NCBI RefSeq assembly: GCF_001194135.2
Contig: NC_068983.1
Span: 160,254,499-160,318,498, forward strand
DNA length: 64,000 bases
From: Octopus bimaculoides
Lineage: Eukaryota
Direction of reading: 5' to 3'
Shown piece after piece: positions 26,531-39,320 of this stretch. Position numbers and translations under genes: made by a program. The notes under the pieces were generated by a model. The model saw only the letters and a list, made by a program, of their open reading frames with translations. It did no database searches and was not told the origin of the DNA. How positions within the stretch are numbered: position 1 is the stretch's first letter; each line of letters opens with the position of its first letter.

Positions 26531-28103
26531 TTCTGTACGTATTTGCTGTATACTCGTTTTATGTTGGTACAGATTTTTTCAAATGTATAACTATGATTAT
26601 TTATATATGCATCTGTGAATGTTTGATATATTTTTCCATTGATTTTGGAGGTACCCATTCTCACTTCATAGATCCAAATAATTCATGATCCAAATAATTC
26701 ATTTATATTTACTTTTCTAACTTATTTTTCATACATACATAAATGCTCACTATGTTAAAAATTCAGTTTGGTTTTCAAGCTCTTCTCTTATACGGCTTAG
26801 ATTATTGTAGAAGCTATAGCATTTGTAACTATGGTAATATATAATGATATTGCATTATTTATTCTTCTTTTTGCATGTTCTTAGTGTGTCTGTCCCTTCT
26901 GTATCTGGATTCCATTGCATTTTGCATGCATGCATGTCTATTTTGATGTAATACACTTATGTCTGAATCTCCAAGACTTTGAAAGTTAAATTTATTTACA
27001 TCTCAGTTTTGTAAGATATGGTTAAAAGTATGAAAGAAATTTTGCAATTCTGTTTATTTTTCATTTATAGATAAACATTAGCAAGCCAGAAAAAGAGAAA
27101 CGTGAGAAGTATTTTCAATTCTATGAATTATTCATTTCAATAACATTTTATTTTTACGATACATCACATTGCTATAACACAAATAAGTCTTTCAAGGGTA
27201 TGATACACATTCAATACATTCTGATTCTAGGAATAGGGGTAGAAGTTTTTCAGAGTTATTTATTAATACAAAGCTATTTTATCACATGTGTGACATAATG
27301 CCAATGGATGTTTCCTTTGCCAATCTATATAATATTATCTTTAACTGAAATGCTAGAAATTAGCAGTAGGTTTAAAATAATTGTATTTATTGATAGACCT
27401 GGTTGTAATACAGTCAGCAGCTTTAATGATATCAGTCAGTTATTTCATTTGTTCACACCATTTATGACAAGTTTGATGGATAGTAATAAATGAATTTAAA
27501 TTTCAAAATAAGAAACCACAAATAAGACAAATTTATAGATCTCTTACATACTTAAAAACTAAAATTAATTTCAAAATTTAATGTAACAAGATTATTTCAT
27601 ATATCCTTTAAATTACAACCCAGCAACTCCTTTTAATTACTAATGTAATTGTTGTTTTATACATTTGTTTTCTTATTTCTGTATTATTCTTCTAATTTCA
27701 CCTTTCCATTCTGCTCTCCATTTTTCTCTTGATGCTTTTCATGAGACCATATATGAGGTGAATGGCAGAGATATGAGAAAAGTGCTGAAGAAAAGGAGGA
27801 AGTTTAGAGAGAAAAATATTGAAAAAAGTTGAAACTTTAGAGAGATAAGGTGTGTATTGGGGTGAGAAAGAATGTGAAAGTGCAAAAAGCTGAAATAGAA
27901 TGAAAATAAATTAAAATAAATAGTAAAGTGAAGAGAAATTAGAAAATATCATGAAACACAAGAGAGTGTGAAACAATGGTTTATATATTTCTTCAATCCT
28001 TAAATCATAGATTAAAATAATTTTCTCCCTAACTTTCTGACACACATTGCTTCCAACAATTCTTAACAGTCAGCTTGTTTTTGCATTTTTTATGATAGTC
28101 CAT

Positions 28104-28138
<35 letters not shown>

Positions 28139-28738
28139 AAGAGAGAGAGAGAGAAATAGAAAGAGAGAGAGAACTGTCTGAATTTTGTTTTCTGTTATTT
28201 AGTTTCATTATAGAATAACAATAAAATGAAATGAAATAACAGAAATTTAGAAATAAAGAAAACAGTTCAGTACTTTATTTTTAGATCATTTGTATTTTTT
28301 TTTCTCTCCAATTAAGATCAAAATGAATAAAACCAATTAGTTTTGTAGCAAAATTTCGAAAATACATCGTAAGATTGGTCATAAAGCTTAATTAAAAGAA
28401 CATGGAAGCTGCTAGCTTGTGGAGCCATTTCTCAATCATTAACTCAGAATAACAGTATTTAATCTGACGAACAAATTACTACTATGGAAGAATATTGTAT
28501 TTAGAGGGAACTCAGACACAATTAGAAACTATAGTCTCTGACAGTAATTTTACATTTGTTTTTATTTATTAATGTTGATGGTGGTATGACTTGGGGCAAG
28601 AAATAATGTATATTTCAACCTTGTCTCTATTTAAAATAGGTAGTTTTTGAGATATGGAATGTGATTCTATTTTCTGTGTTTAATCAACTATTGGATAGGA
28701 TTCATCTGTGAATAAATGTCTATTGAATTTATGGTGTG

Positions 28739-28741
<3 letters not shown>

Positions 28742-28789
<48 letters not shown>
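28742..28789. repeat. 48-nt poly(T) tract
   Basis: Direct inspection. Confidence 0.95.
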
Positions 28790-28791
<2 letters not shown>

Positions 28792-29496
28792 CATTTCATT
28801 TTTTTTTTCCTTGACACTTCAAGCATCAAGATCATAATGATGTTAGTAATGCAATATTAACAAAAAGAGTAATGAAATCAGTGATATTCGGTTGCTCCCC
28901 CCCCCGCCAACCTTACATAGCTTCTAACAATATTTGTGAAAGACAAACATAATTAAAAAAACACATGATTAGAGAGAGAGAGTTAACTGAATACTTATAC
29001 ACATAGGTATGCACATACAAACATAAGTACATACAGACATACATCATTTTTTCTATATACATATATATCATTGTTTATTCAATTGTAGTATGTAATATAT
29101 ATACATTTATATATNNNNNNNNNNNNNNNNNNNNNNNNNNNNNNNNNNNNNNNNNNNNNNNNNNNNNNNNNNNNNNNNNNNNNNNNNNNNNNNNNNNNNN
29201 NNNNNNNNNNNNNNNNNNNNNNNNNNNNNNNNNNNNNNNNNNNNNNNNNNNNNNNNNNNNNNNNNNNNNNNNNNNNNNNNNNNNNNNNNNNNNNNNNNNN
29301 NNNNNNNNNNNNNNNNNNNNNNNNNNNNNNNNNNNNNNNNNNNNNNNNNNNNNNNNNNNNNNNNNNNNNNNNNNNNNNNNNNNNNNNNNNNNNNNNNNNN
29401 NNNNNNNNNNNNNNNNNNNNNNNNNNNNNNNNNNNNNNNNNNNNNNNNNNNNNNNNNNNNNNNNNNNNNNNNNNNNNGACACACACACACACACAT

Positions 29497-29991
29497 ATAC
29501 CGGGTGTTCAAAAATTAAACAGATTAAGCGTTGAATAAAGGAAATGTTTCTTAAAGTGCTACTGGATGTTTGAAAATACAGTCAAAGTGCAAAGACAGCT
29601 TAGGGAGGAGTTTCAAACAGATTCATTTATGCAACTTACCATCACTTGAATTAGAGTTTGAAGCAGATGGAACTGTTCAGAAGGTTCACAAGGAACATCC
29701 CAAAAGACCATGGATATCGACGAGCCTCACTAAACAAGGAAGGCTATTAGAAACATATTGTTAGAGTTCAAAAGAATATGTGTGGCAAGTGAGTCTCATG
29801 AGATAGAAACTTCAGAATCAAGCATCTACTGCATTTGGATGCATTGTCATTGGAAATATTACATTCTAAGTCTAGTCAATGTTCTCATTGTAGATGAACC
29901 AAATAATGGAGTTTTGTGAGTGGTGCTTGGCAAGATGTGAAGATGCACACCTTCCAAGAAAGATTGTTTGGTGTGATGAGACTATATTTAA
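29497..29991 (+). mobile_element. IS630-Tc1-mariner (maT/rosa-like) transposase, 5' part, interrupted by piggyBac
   Basis: TIR-like taccgggtgttcaaaaa; [64 protein letters not shown] (first catalytic D motif). Confidence 0.8.
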
Positions 29992-32211
29992 ACCTTTAGT
30001 GTTCAGATTAATCTGTCATGTGTAATACTTATTTGTTCACATTATTTTGAATTATTCAGGTTCAAGAGGGGTGTCCACAATATCTGTTCGTAACTTTGTT
30101 AATTTTTTACCTAGATTTGAAATTTTGTCAGTGGGTGCTTATATACTAGTGGTTTATAGTTATGTAATATTGGCTGATCTTTCTGATTAAATTTAACTTT
30201 TATGGGTATGTAAATTTAATGAACAGGTGTAAAAGCAATAACATTATGGATAAACACTAAAATTAAAATTCTTAATGCATCTTACCTGTTTGATTTGTTA
30301 CTAAAATTATCCTAGATGTCAACTGCTAACAATTTTGCCACTTTTCAAGATGAGGTACATTAATTTTAATTAAAATACAGGTATAATCGGTACAAGATTT
30401 ATTCTTTCTCCATATTTCATTCAAACATTTTCATTGAAAATAAAGTACAAAATCTATTTCACTAGTCAATATATCATTGGCTATACACTCTTATACAATT
30501 TCATGAATACATTTACATAACAGAATGCATCTAATAAACAAAGTTCATTAACAGATGAAACAAAGGTGAATACAGGTATGTAATATACTGAAAATCAATA
30601 TGTATTTCTCACTTTCACATATTATTTGTAATAAAATGAAAGGAATACATGATAGTATTACTATCAAACAACAAAATATAGTTATGCTATATTTCTATCA
30701 TGGAACTGTTCAAAGCACCCTTTACAAAAGGGTGCAAAAGAGACACTTATATGAGGTCTTGACCTGATATCTTTTTGTAGTTTTTTTTCTTTTTTGCAGT
30801 GAACACAGTCTGCAAACATTGTTCCTTCCATTTATTTTTTCCGCTTTATGGACGTCAACATTTTCTCTGTTGACACCCACCTCAGTTAATTTTGCTTTTC
30901 TCCCAGTTCTGTGCTTTCTGGAGAAAAGTCCTCATGTAACTGAGATGTGATGTTGAACCCAGGTAAAAAAAAAGTCACAGATACAAAAGCCATAGGAAAA
31001 AAACGTCACAGAAAAAAGTCACAGGAAAAAAGCCACATGCAATGTCATCATATATAAATAGTGTTGTTAATATGTACAAGTCATGTATTGCCAGTTAATA
31101 ACTGATTTAGAATATTTTCTGTTTATTACTTTAATTGTTTATGATACTTCAATAAATTGTGACTGACTTGAATATTTTTGATTGATTACCTGACTTTTTT
31201 TCCCAGACAAAACTGTGGCTTTCTCTGTGACTTTACTACCAGCCACCAGAAGTTAATTGTGACTTTTTTTTCTAGGCGAAATTGTGACTTTTTTCCTGTG
31301 ACTTTATTACCGGCCACAGCGAAGTCAACCCAAAATTTCAAATGGTTGTAGTCCTATGGTGGCAGAAGTAGCTTGTGGCTTTTTACATAAACAATATATG
31401 AATTAACTATAGTTAGACATAATGCTAGAGATATATGGATCATATACCTTATATCAGGACTCCAGTAGTTCCATAGTTAAGGAAGCTGCTTGATACCAAA
31501 CATAATATTTATAGTAAAAAAAGCTCGCATTTGCACAGTATCAGTTAGCTGCCATAGTGGATTGGGCCTTCCATGAAAAGAAATTATGCATTGAGCATAT
31601 TTATTTGTTTCTTCCATGACAGTTTCAAAAAAATTTGTGATAAAAAGAAAATAAATGGTCCAATGGTTGAGCATTGGGAGGTAGACTGTGTTGCTGACTA
31701 ATCTTTTCTGTGAAATGGGGAATTGTGGTTGATGTAGCAATCTTCAACCATGCTGCCATAATGTTTTCAATATCATTTCATCACTTTCATTTTTTTTTTT
31801 ATCACTTTCATTATCAAACTTTTCCTTGTCTGATGAAGATTCATAAATATCAATATCAGATTTGTCCAAAAACAAATCACTGTTGTTTTCATTTATATTT
31901 TGTACATCATCAAGAGTAAAACCTTCAAAGTTGGAATTGTTACTTGCTGGTGCCATATCATTAAAAGCTAAGATATACACTTCTCTTCAAACGTTGAAAA
32001 GAACCAAGAAGTCTCAAAAATTTCATGGTATTTTTACTTGAATAAAGGTGGAAAAGGCTTTATCTTGCATTATCTCAAAGCTACAAGAATTCAATAACAT
32101 GGTTTGTATATATCTTTTAGCAATTTCATTGAAGAATCAGATACGGCCAGTTTCAAAAAAATAAAGGGAAATTATTTTCAGCCAGTTTTGGCCGATCTGA
32201 ATACTAAAGGG
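29992..32211 (-). mobile_element. Internally deleted piggyBac element with TIRs and TTAA target-site duplication
   Basis: TTAA at 29988-29991 and 32212-32215. TIRs acctttagtgttcagat and ccctttagtattcagat (reverse complement). Minus strand: acidic N-terminus (31744-31980), PGBD-like VMEETNKYAQ..WQLTDTVQMRAFFTINIMFGIKQLP*LWNYWS (31440-31700), and a Cys-rich C-terminus NVCRLCSLQKRKK..YQVKTSYKCLFC..CFEQFH (~30690-30860). DDD core not seen. Confidence 0.85.
30958..31315. mobile_element. MITE with repeated aaaaagtcacag subterminal inverted motifs, nested in the piggyBac
   Basis: Left end ggtaaaaaaaaagtcacag..aaaaaagtcacagg; right end cctgtgactttattaccggcc. Several copies of the motif lie on each side in opposite orientation. 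Confidence 0.65.
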
Positions 32212-32882
32212 TTAAATTAAATAGCTCAATTAATTGCCATAATCGCATCATTGATGATCCAAAAATCAGCCTAATATGAAGGAACATCATCTTAGTTTAC
32301 CAAGAATTACAGTAACATGTGACTTGTCATCAAAAGGATTAAATGGACTGTTCTTTTTTGACAGCACTGTGATTAGTCCCATTTACTTGAATTTGCTGCA
32401 GCAATCTATTATGCCAAGCATTCAAGACGATTTGAAGATATAGAAATTTATTTTCTGTAAGATGTGGCACTACATAGAAATGTAAAGGTCTACCTTGATG
32501 AGATTTTGCCAAACAAGTGGACTGGACAGAGAGGTTCAGTAGAATACTCTCTATATTCATCAGAGTTCATGCCAATTTTTTCAAGGAGATACTTAAAAGA
32601 AAATATTTATAGTAGAAAACTGGCAACAGATAATGAATCAGAGGCAGCCATTAAATGAGGATGTGCATAAATATAAGTGAAATATTTCTTGTTGTTTGCA
32701 ATTCCATTGCTTCATGTTATCAGTAGTCCCAGACCAGAGCGATCATCAGTTTGAAAACAGGAATTCATAAACAATTGAATTCTGCCTGTAGAATCTATTA
32801 TATTTTAAGAAGGAATTGTATTTTGATAAACACTGATTTTGTAGTCATTCAATGTTTATTTACATTTTTGGGAGATACCCTC
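32212..32882 (+). mobile_element. IS630-Tc1-mariner transposase, 3' part
   Basis: Resumes in frame after TTAA: [75 protein letters not shown]. The right boundary is approximate. Confidence 0.8.
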
Positions 32883-32926
32883 TCACTCTTTACATGTGAT
32901 TGGTAAGCAAGCTTCTTCACCACATA

Positions 32927-32978
<52 letters not shown>

Positions 32979-33759
32979 CAATATGCGTGTGCATGTGTGT
33001 ACTTATATTTTGTACAATTTTCACAGGAAACAATGACATGTACAGAAACAAACTGATTTAATTTTTTCCTCTTTTATAATTTCATTCACATTAGGATGGC
33101 TTATAGGAATACTAATTCAACACCAGAACTTGTCTGGTATTTTATTTTATCATCCCCAGCCAGGATGAAAGGCTGAGTTGGCCTCAACAGTATCTTAAAG
33201 CAGAATGTAATTAAATACCACAAGCATTTTGTCAAATACTCTAACAATTCTACCAATCTGTTCTTCATTTCAAGACTTGTTTGGTGTAAATAGAAGAAAA
33301 GGCAATATATTCAATATATTGTATGCTAGCATAGGTTAAACAGTTACATATTGTTTAGATATTCTTTTACAGCTGGATTTTCTTCCTGCTGTTAACCTAT
33401 TCCTGTTACTTTGCCAGTAATGGATTTTTCATTCAAATCATCTTTGAAAGAGCTGAGACAACTGGAATGAAAACTTCTTTATTTGAAAAACGGTTATAGC
33501 AGAAAAGGCATTCAACTGTAAACTGATCCTTCAACCATATGTGTTTGTCTTTGCCTGACTTATGCAAGCATGAAAAAATATCCTTAATGTTGTTGCTGTC
33601 ATTGTCGTTATATTTGTTATGTAGATGCAGACATCCACTACAAGACCCAGTCTGTGTTGCAATGTGGTTGTGTGGTTTGCATGCTTCAATGTTCTTGAGA
33701 GTTGTGCCAGCAGAACTCAGGGCATTCTATTTCGAACAGCTCAAAAAACAGAGGCCAGA

Positions 33760-33965
33760 CTAAAATGGACCACCAATCCCCAGATGTAAAAAAAAGGGGT
33801 TTGCATAGGCCTAACATCCCTATCCAGAAAAAAGGCTAAGTTACAGAAGCAGTGATGACAGTTCAAAACCATCAGAATCTGAAAGAGAACAGCCCAGAGT
33901 CAAGAACAGTGAAGAAAAGTCATCGATGGCCTATGTTCCATAAGGAGTGCATGGCTCAAGTCAGT
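33760..33965 (+). mobile_element. Probable RTE-clade deletion derivative (5'-like segment joined to ORF 3' end)
   Basis: ggcctaacatccctatccagaaaaaa resembles RTE 5' regions; ERTAQSQEQ*RKVIDGLCSIRS resembles RTE C-termini (AQDR..WR..V.GLCS). Confidence 0.4.
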
Positions 33966-35214
33966 TGGATATAGGCATAGCTGAGTGTTAAAGAAATACT
34001 TCACTGTCATGAGGTCTCGGGTTTTATTTTACTGCACAGCATCTTCAGTGAGTATTCATGACCAAAGTCTCCAGTCAACTCAAACTTTGTGAGTGAAACT
34101 AGACAGATGGGAACCATTATACCTGCAATTCAATGGTGCAGTCTTATCATTCAGTGTCCTATGATTCAACTTTGGAATTACTCAAAGAGTACATGTGTCT
34201 GTGGAATACTTAGTCATTTATATACTAACTCAATAAATCTGGCATCCAGTTGATTGATTATATATAAGATATATATAAGAATTTAGAATTCTGAGTTTTA
34301 TCTCATTTTTAATTGTTCGTAAGGGTATCAATAGCAGAAACATAGCTTAATGAACAAACAGTGTGGATTGAACCACTATCTGAAAGTTCTCTTGCTAGAG
34401 CAAAAATTATCGATGGTCAGAGTAAGAACAATACTGTCATCAATCATCATTACAATTTTAATTGTTGTCATCTATTGTTATTACTTTATACATTAATGAT
34501 TGCATAATATACATATAACTTGAAAACAGCATTAAAATAATAATAAAAAGAATAATTTATTTAACTAAAATAAAACAGAATAAATATGAGGTAGCCATAT
34601 ATTGTCTCAATATTCTTTAGTTGGGTAGTCTAATAAATCATATTAATCTTCATCAAAGCTGAAAATGATAACAGAAAGAGCATATACCTTTAACTTCTGT
34701 AAACTTGCAAATTTAAATATTTCTCCAAACTAATGTATCTGATGACTTTCTAAGTAGTTGATATCTGATTTGGTAACATGAATTTTGAAAGGTTATATCA
34801 TGTCATTCTGTTGGTCAAAGTTGAAATTTATTTTGACAGGTTCACCTATCTTCAATCATATATTTATCTTCTTTCCAGAAATTAAAAAAATATAATGATA
34901 ATAGAAAATATATTTGCTCACTAGAGCTTTTCGGTTTTTTTTTTTATTTTTAATTTATTTCTTAAATAGCTTGTGTTACCAAAATATAATCAATGGAACT
35001 GAAATCTTAGATTAAATCATCTCTCAGACAAGTGAAATGTAGCTAGAGTGAGCTATCTGTATGTATCCATCTACCAAATTAAAATGAAGAAATTGTATTT
35101 AAATAGCATTTAGATATCTAGAAGTTCCTTTCTCATTGTTTAAAAATGTTAACTTTGTTATTTATGTAAATTTGAAAAGTAGATAAAAAGAAAACAGTGA
35201 ACAAGACTTGAAAG

Positions 35215-35377
35215 TCAGGGGAGAGTTTAGTTGAGTACATCAACACCAGTGTGTAACTGGTACTTATTTCACTGACCCCAAAAGAATGAAAGGCAAAGTC
35301 AACTTCAGTGGAATTTGAACTCAGACAGACGACATGTCACTAAGCATTTTGTCTGGCATGCTAATGATTCTGCCAGC
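35215..35377 (-). mobile_element. SINE family C copy
   Basis: Reverse complement of 35428-35600 (gctggcagaatcattagcatgccagacaaaatgcttagt..ctgagttcaaattcc..gttgactttgcctttcat). Confidence 0.8.
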
Positions 35378-35427
35378 ACAACGTCTTAGATACAGCTAAT
35401 AATGTCGTCAATTTTAGTAGCTCTGAA

Positions 35428-35645
35428 GGTGATGAGCTGGTAGAAACATTAGCATGCCGGGAGAAATGCTTAGCGGTATTTCATCCATCTTTACATTCTG
35501 AGTTCAAATTCTGCTGAGGTCAACTTTGCCTTTCATCCTTTTGAGGTCGATAAATTAAGTACCAGTTGTATACTGAGGGTCAATCTAATCGACTGGCTCC
35601 CACCCTGCCAAAATTTCGGGCCTTGTACCTAGAGTAGAAAAGAAT
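35428..35645 (+). mobile_element. SINE family C copy
   Basis: tRNA-like A box and B box (ctgagttcaaattc), then ctttgcctttcatcc..taagtaccagt..actg.ggtc.at. Related copies at ~40420-40610, 47545-47725, 56278-56460 and 56480-56695. Confidence 0.8.
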
Positions 35646-35976
35646 CTTAGTATTTCTGTATAGCATAAATGTTAGTATATTTTTCTAACAGGATGAAATG
35701 AAAAATTTCTGTAGGGTGATGATACTTAAGTCATAGAAAATGAAGAAAGTACCATACTAGGAAAGTAAACCTTTTATGAAACAATCTGCTTCCATTTCCA
35801 ACCTTATTTATGTCATAAAATGTCCTCAGTTAAGTCACTTTACTCTTCTAAAAACTGAAATTGATTGTTGTTCAAGAAAACTTCAATATGATGTACTTTA
35901 GAATCTTTGTTAGAATATGTGATTCTTAAAAAATTAAATTCTGTTTATTTACGTATTTAAAAATAATAATAATATT

Positions 35977-36379
35977 AGACACAGGTGTGGCTGTGTGGTC
36001 AGAAGCTTGCTTACCAACCACATGGTTCTGGGTTCAGTCCCACTGCATGGCACCTTGGGTAAGTATCTTCTACTATAGCCTCAGGCTGACCAAAGTTTTA
36101 TGAGTGGATTTGGTAGATGGAAACTGAAAGAAGCCTGTCATATATGTGTGTGAGTGTGTGTGTGTATGCTTGTGTGTCTGTGTTTGTCCCCCACCATTGC
36201 TTGACAACCAATGCTGGTGTGTTTACATCCCTATAACTTAGCAGTTCAGCAAAAGAGACCAATAGAATAAGTACTCGGCTTGCAAAGAATAAGTTCTGGG
36301 TGCGATTTGTTTGACTAAAGGCAGTGCTCCAGCTTGGCCACAGTCAAATGATTGAAACAAATAAAAGAGTAAAAAAAAG
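35977..36379 (+). mobile_element. SINE family A, full length
   Basis: Head agacacaggtgtggctgtgtgg, internal TA/GT tract, tail ending aaaagagtaaaa. Confidence 0.9.
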
Positions 36380-36380
36380 A

Positions 36381-36747
36381 CTTATCTTTTACTTGTTTCA
36401 GTCATTAGCCTGTGGCGACCACAGTACTTATTTTTCACTCTTAAAGCCTGGTACTTATTTGATTGGTCTCTTTTGCCAAACCACTAAGTTACAGGAACAT
36501 AGACACACCAACACCAGTTGTCAAACAGTGGTGGGAGACAAACACAGACACAAAGACACGCGCTCACATGGATATACATATACATATATACAACAGGCTT
36601 CTTTCAGTTTCCATCTATCAAATCCACTCAGAAGGCTTTGGTCAGCCTGAGGCTATAGTAGAAGACACTTGCCCAAGGTGCCACACAGTGGGACTGATCC
36701 TGGAACCATGTAGTTGGGAAGCAAGCTTCTTACCATTCAGTCACACA
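36381..36747 (-). mobile_element. SINE family A, near full length, tail-to-tail with the previous copy
   Basis: Starts cttttacttgtttcagtcatt and ends gcaagcttcttaccattcagtcac; has a deletion in the tail half. Confidence 0.85.
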
Positions 36748-37440
36748 TTTTGACTTAACACATGGTTCTTACCGCACAGCCATGACAAAAAGTAAATTGC
36801 TGCTTTAAAATGTAAGACTATTTTTATCAGTAATTATGCATGGCACCACTCATGATACAAGCCATTTCATATATGTCAATCATATTAGTTGAATCAATAA
36901 TGACATATCCTCATTTACTAAGGCCTCTCTCAAAGCACTCTTCACATTAGTAAAAATTCTCATCATACACTGTATGGTGTAATGTGTGATTTACTTCAGT
37001 CACTTCTTCTCAAAGGATAGCAACATTCTGAATGAGAAAGTATATGATCTATCAATACTACATCTCAGAACCAAAACATGTGGTCATAGTCTACATTAAT
37101 CCCAAACTGTCTTTCATAGTATATACAAATATGATTGCATAAGCATATTTGATTATAGTATTAGTATAACTAAGCAGTTTGTTTCACTACTGTCTATTTC
37201 TAAATCTGAACACTTGAACACACAACTACTGCGTGAATTTCCTGAAACCAATGAGAAAAGGTCATATAAAAGAAAATATCAGGGACAATTTTTGCTTTTT
37301 GTGAATCAATCAATATTTAATTTATTTCGTGCCAGCATAGCAAAAAGTATCAGTTGCATAACTTCTCATATTGAAATATTTTCACCCATATCTGACTTGG
37401 TCTATTTCTTTCAAAGCAGATTAATTTATATATGTCTTAG

Positions 37441-37497
37441 ACTGGAGAATGGCCAGTGACCACTGAACTTTCTAAACCTTTTGAGACTAGAGGGAAT
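37441..37497 (+). CDS. Candidate 57-nt phase 0-0 coding exon (TGEWPVTTELSKPFETRGN), unassigned
   Basis: tatgtcttag acceptor and AAT|gtaaga donor. Only frame 0 is open and the length is a multiple of 3. Confidence 0.3.
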
Positions 37498-38752
37498 GTA
37501 AGAAAAAAGAAATAGTTACAACAAGCTATCAAACCAGATTTCAGCTATACAGATCATCATCAACTCACCTTCTACAATAAGGTGTTCAACAACTTTTCAC
37601 AGCTCACAGTAAATCTCTATTCTGCTACTGGAACGATTTTGAAATAAGCAAAATTTCCTTTAAAGAAATATATTCTGGCCATTTAGCAAGTATAGTTTAC
37701 ATGTTCTATCTATTAGAACTAACAGAGAATATTTGTTATATGTGATAAGATTGAATGATGCAAACTGGTTGAAAACTTATTATAATCTGTAAGTTGATAA
37801 GAAACTTGGAAGTGATATACAAAAGGAAACTTAGAACTGCATCAATTGGCTTCTCAGATAATTAAGCTTTGGTCAGGAAGAGACAAGCAATCACAAAGTG
37901 GAGATGCATAGATAGATATAAGCAAAGGAAACACGATGACAATGACGACGATGATGATGATGATGATGATGATGATGGAAACTAGAAGAATGAAGAGGAA
38001 GGAGAGCATAAAACTGATAAGGAAGAGGAGGATGTTGCAGAACATTTCTGATATTTTTTTATGTTACACTAAAGCCTCAAAATCAATACCAATGAAAAAG
38101 ATCAAATCTTTATGGCCTGTTTCATTGATTTGGGAGGACGGTTTACAATTTCTTCAGAGGCAACGACAAGTAAAGCAGATGAAAAAATGGTCCGCTAGTA
38201 GAATTGAACTCAAGAAGTATAAATATATGTATCAGAGTATTAAACTCCATTTCCAGTGTGACTGATTCTATACAATGTTTTTATCTACCCTTCATTTCCC
38301 ATTCATTCTATGCTGCTTGATATTGTTCATATTGCATTTTCGCCAGAAATTATGTGTATGTGTGTGTGTGTATGTATGTGTGTGTGTGTATGTATGTCTG
38401 TGTGTGTATCTGTGTATAGTTTTATATATATGTGTATGTCTGTGTGTATTTATACATACACACACATATATATANNNNNNNNNNNNNNNNNNNNNNNNNN
38501 NNNNNNNNNNNNNNNNNNNNNNNNNNNNNNNNNNTATGTATATATATATATATATATATCCATCTATCTCTCCTCATAATTTTTCCTCTCATCCCTTTCT
38601 GTCAAAGAGCATAGGCTCAAAATGTCGAATATTTTTCCACTTTTCCCGGGCATCAAGCTAATACACCTGCTTGTTGTTCCCTCAGTTGAATGTCTTTTGC
38701 CTTCTGCATTTTTGAGCTATATGGGTGTGTGTGGACATAAATATAATAGATG

Positions 38753-38785
<33 letters not shown>

Positions 38786-39008
38786 TACCAAAGCAATTCT
38801 TCATATGTTACAATTTTTCATTGAGTTCCTTTTTTCTTTACCAGTTTTTTCCTTTCGCTCTTTTTCTAATCTTTCATCTCTTCTCTTTCTGATTAAGGAC
38901 TAATATTCAAACCCCCAAAACACCTCTTTGTCTCCAAGTTTTAACCTAATACCAATAAACATTTATCTTGTCTCTTTTGTTATTTCCATCACATGTATAT
39001 ATGTCTGT

Positions 39009-39009
<1 letters not shown>

Positions 39010-39071
<62 letters not shown>
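39010..39071. repeat. (TAG)n microsatellite
   Basis: Direct inspection. Confidence 0.95.
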
Positions 39072-39132
39072 TTGTAAGGGTAGCAATATAATGTATTCCT
39101 AATGCAACACTCAATGCAAACTTCTAGCTATG

Positions 39133-39320
39133 TACAAGAGGGTGCTGAAAAGTTCCTGGCTTTGGGTAAAAGAAAATACAGAAGGATCGATTATGATTTT
39201 ATCTAACATGCTCCCCTCTCAGTTTTTGCAGTGGCCCTTCAGTTTTTCTAAGCCCTGTAAAAGAACTCAGAAGGTTGAGACACCAGCCAGACCTTTCATT
39301 CCTTAAAGCCAGGAACTGTG
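39133..39320 (-). mobile_element. Mariner-derived MITE
   Basis: TIR tacaagagggtgctgaaaagttcctggcttt and partial opposite TIR aaagccaggaact. The interior is the reverse complement of 51330-51484. Confidence 0.7.

Noticed and set aside
31744-31980. Acidic ORF as a host gene
   Set aside because: It lies inside the piggyBac TIRs, upstream of the PGBD-like segment, so it is the transposase N-terminus.
35977-36060. tRNA genes at SINE heads (also 43380-43459 and 48465-48525)
   Set aside because: A and B boxes are present but there is no complete cloverleaf, and they continue into SINE bodies.
37880-38265. Acidic or Met-rich ORF and a possible exon at 38070-38170
   Set aside because: Driven by a (GAT)n tract with in-frame stops in the acidic frame. 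The acceptor phase does not fit the 37441 exon candidate.
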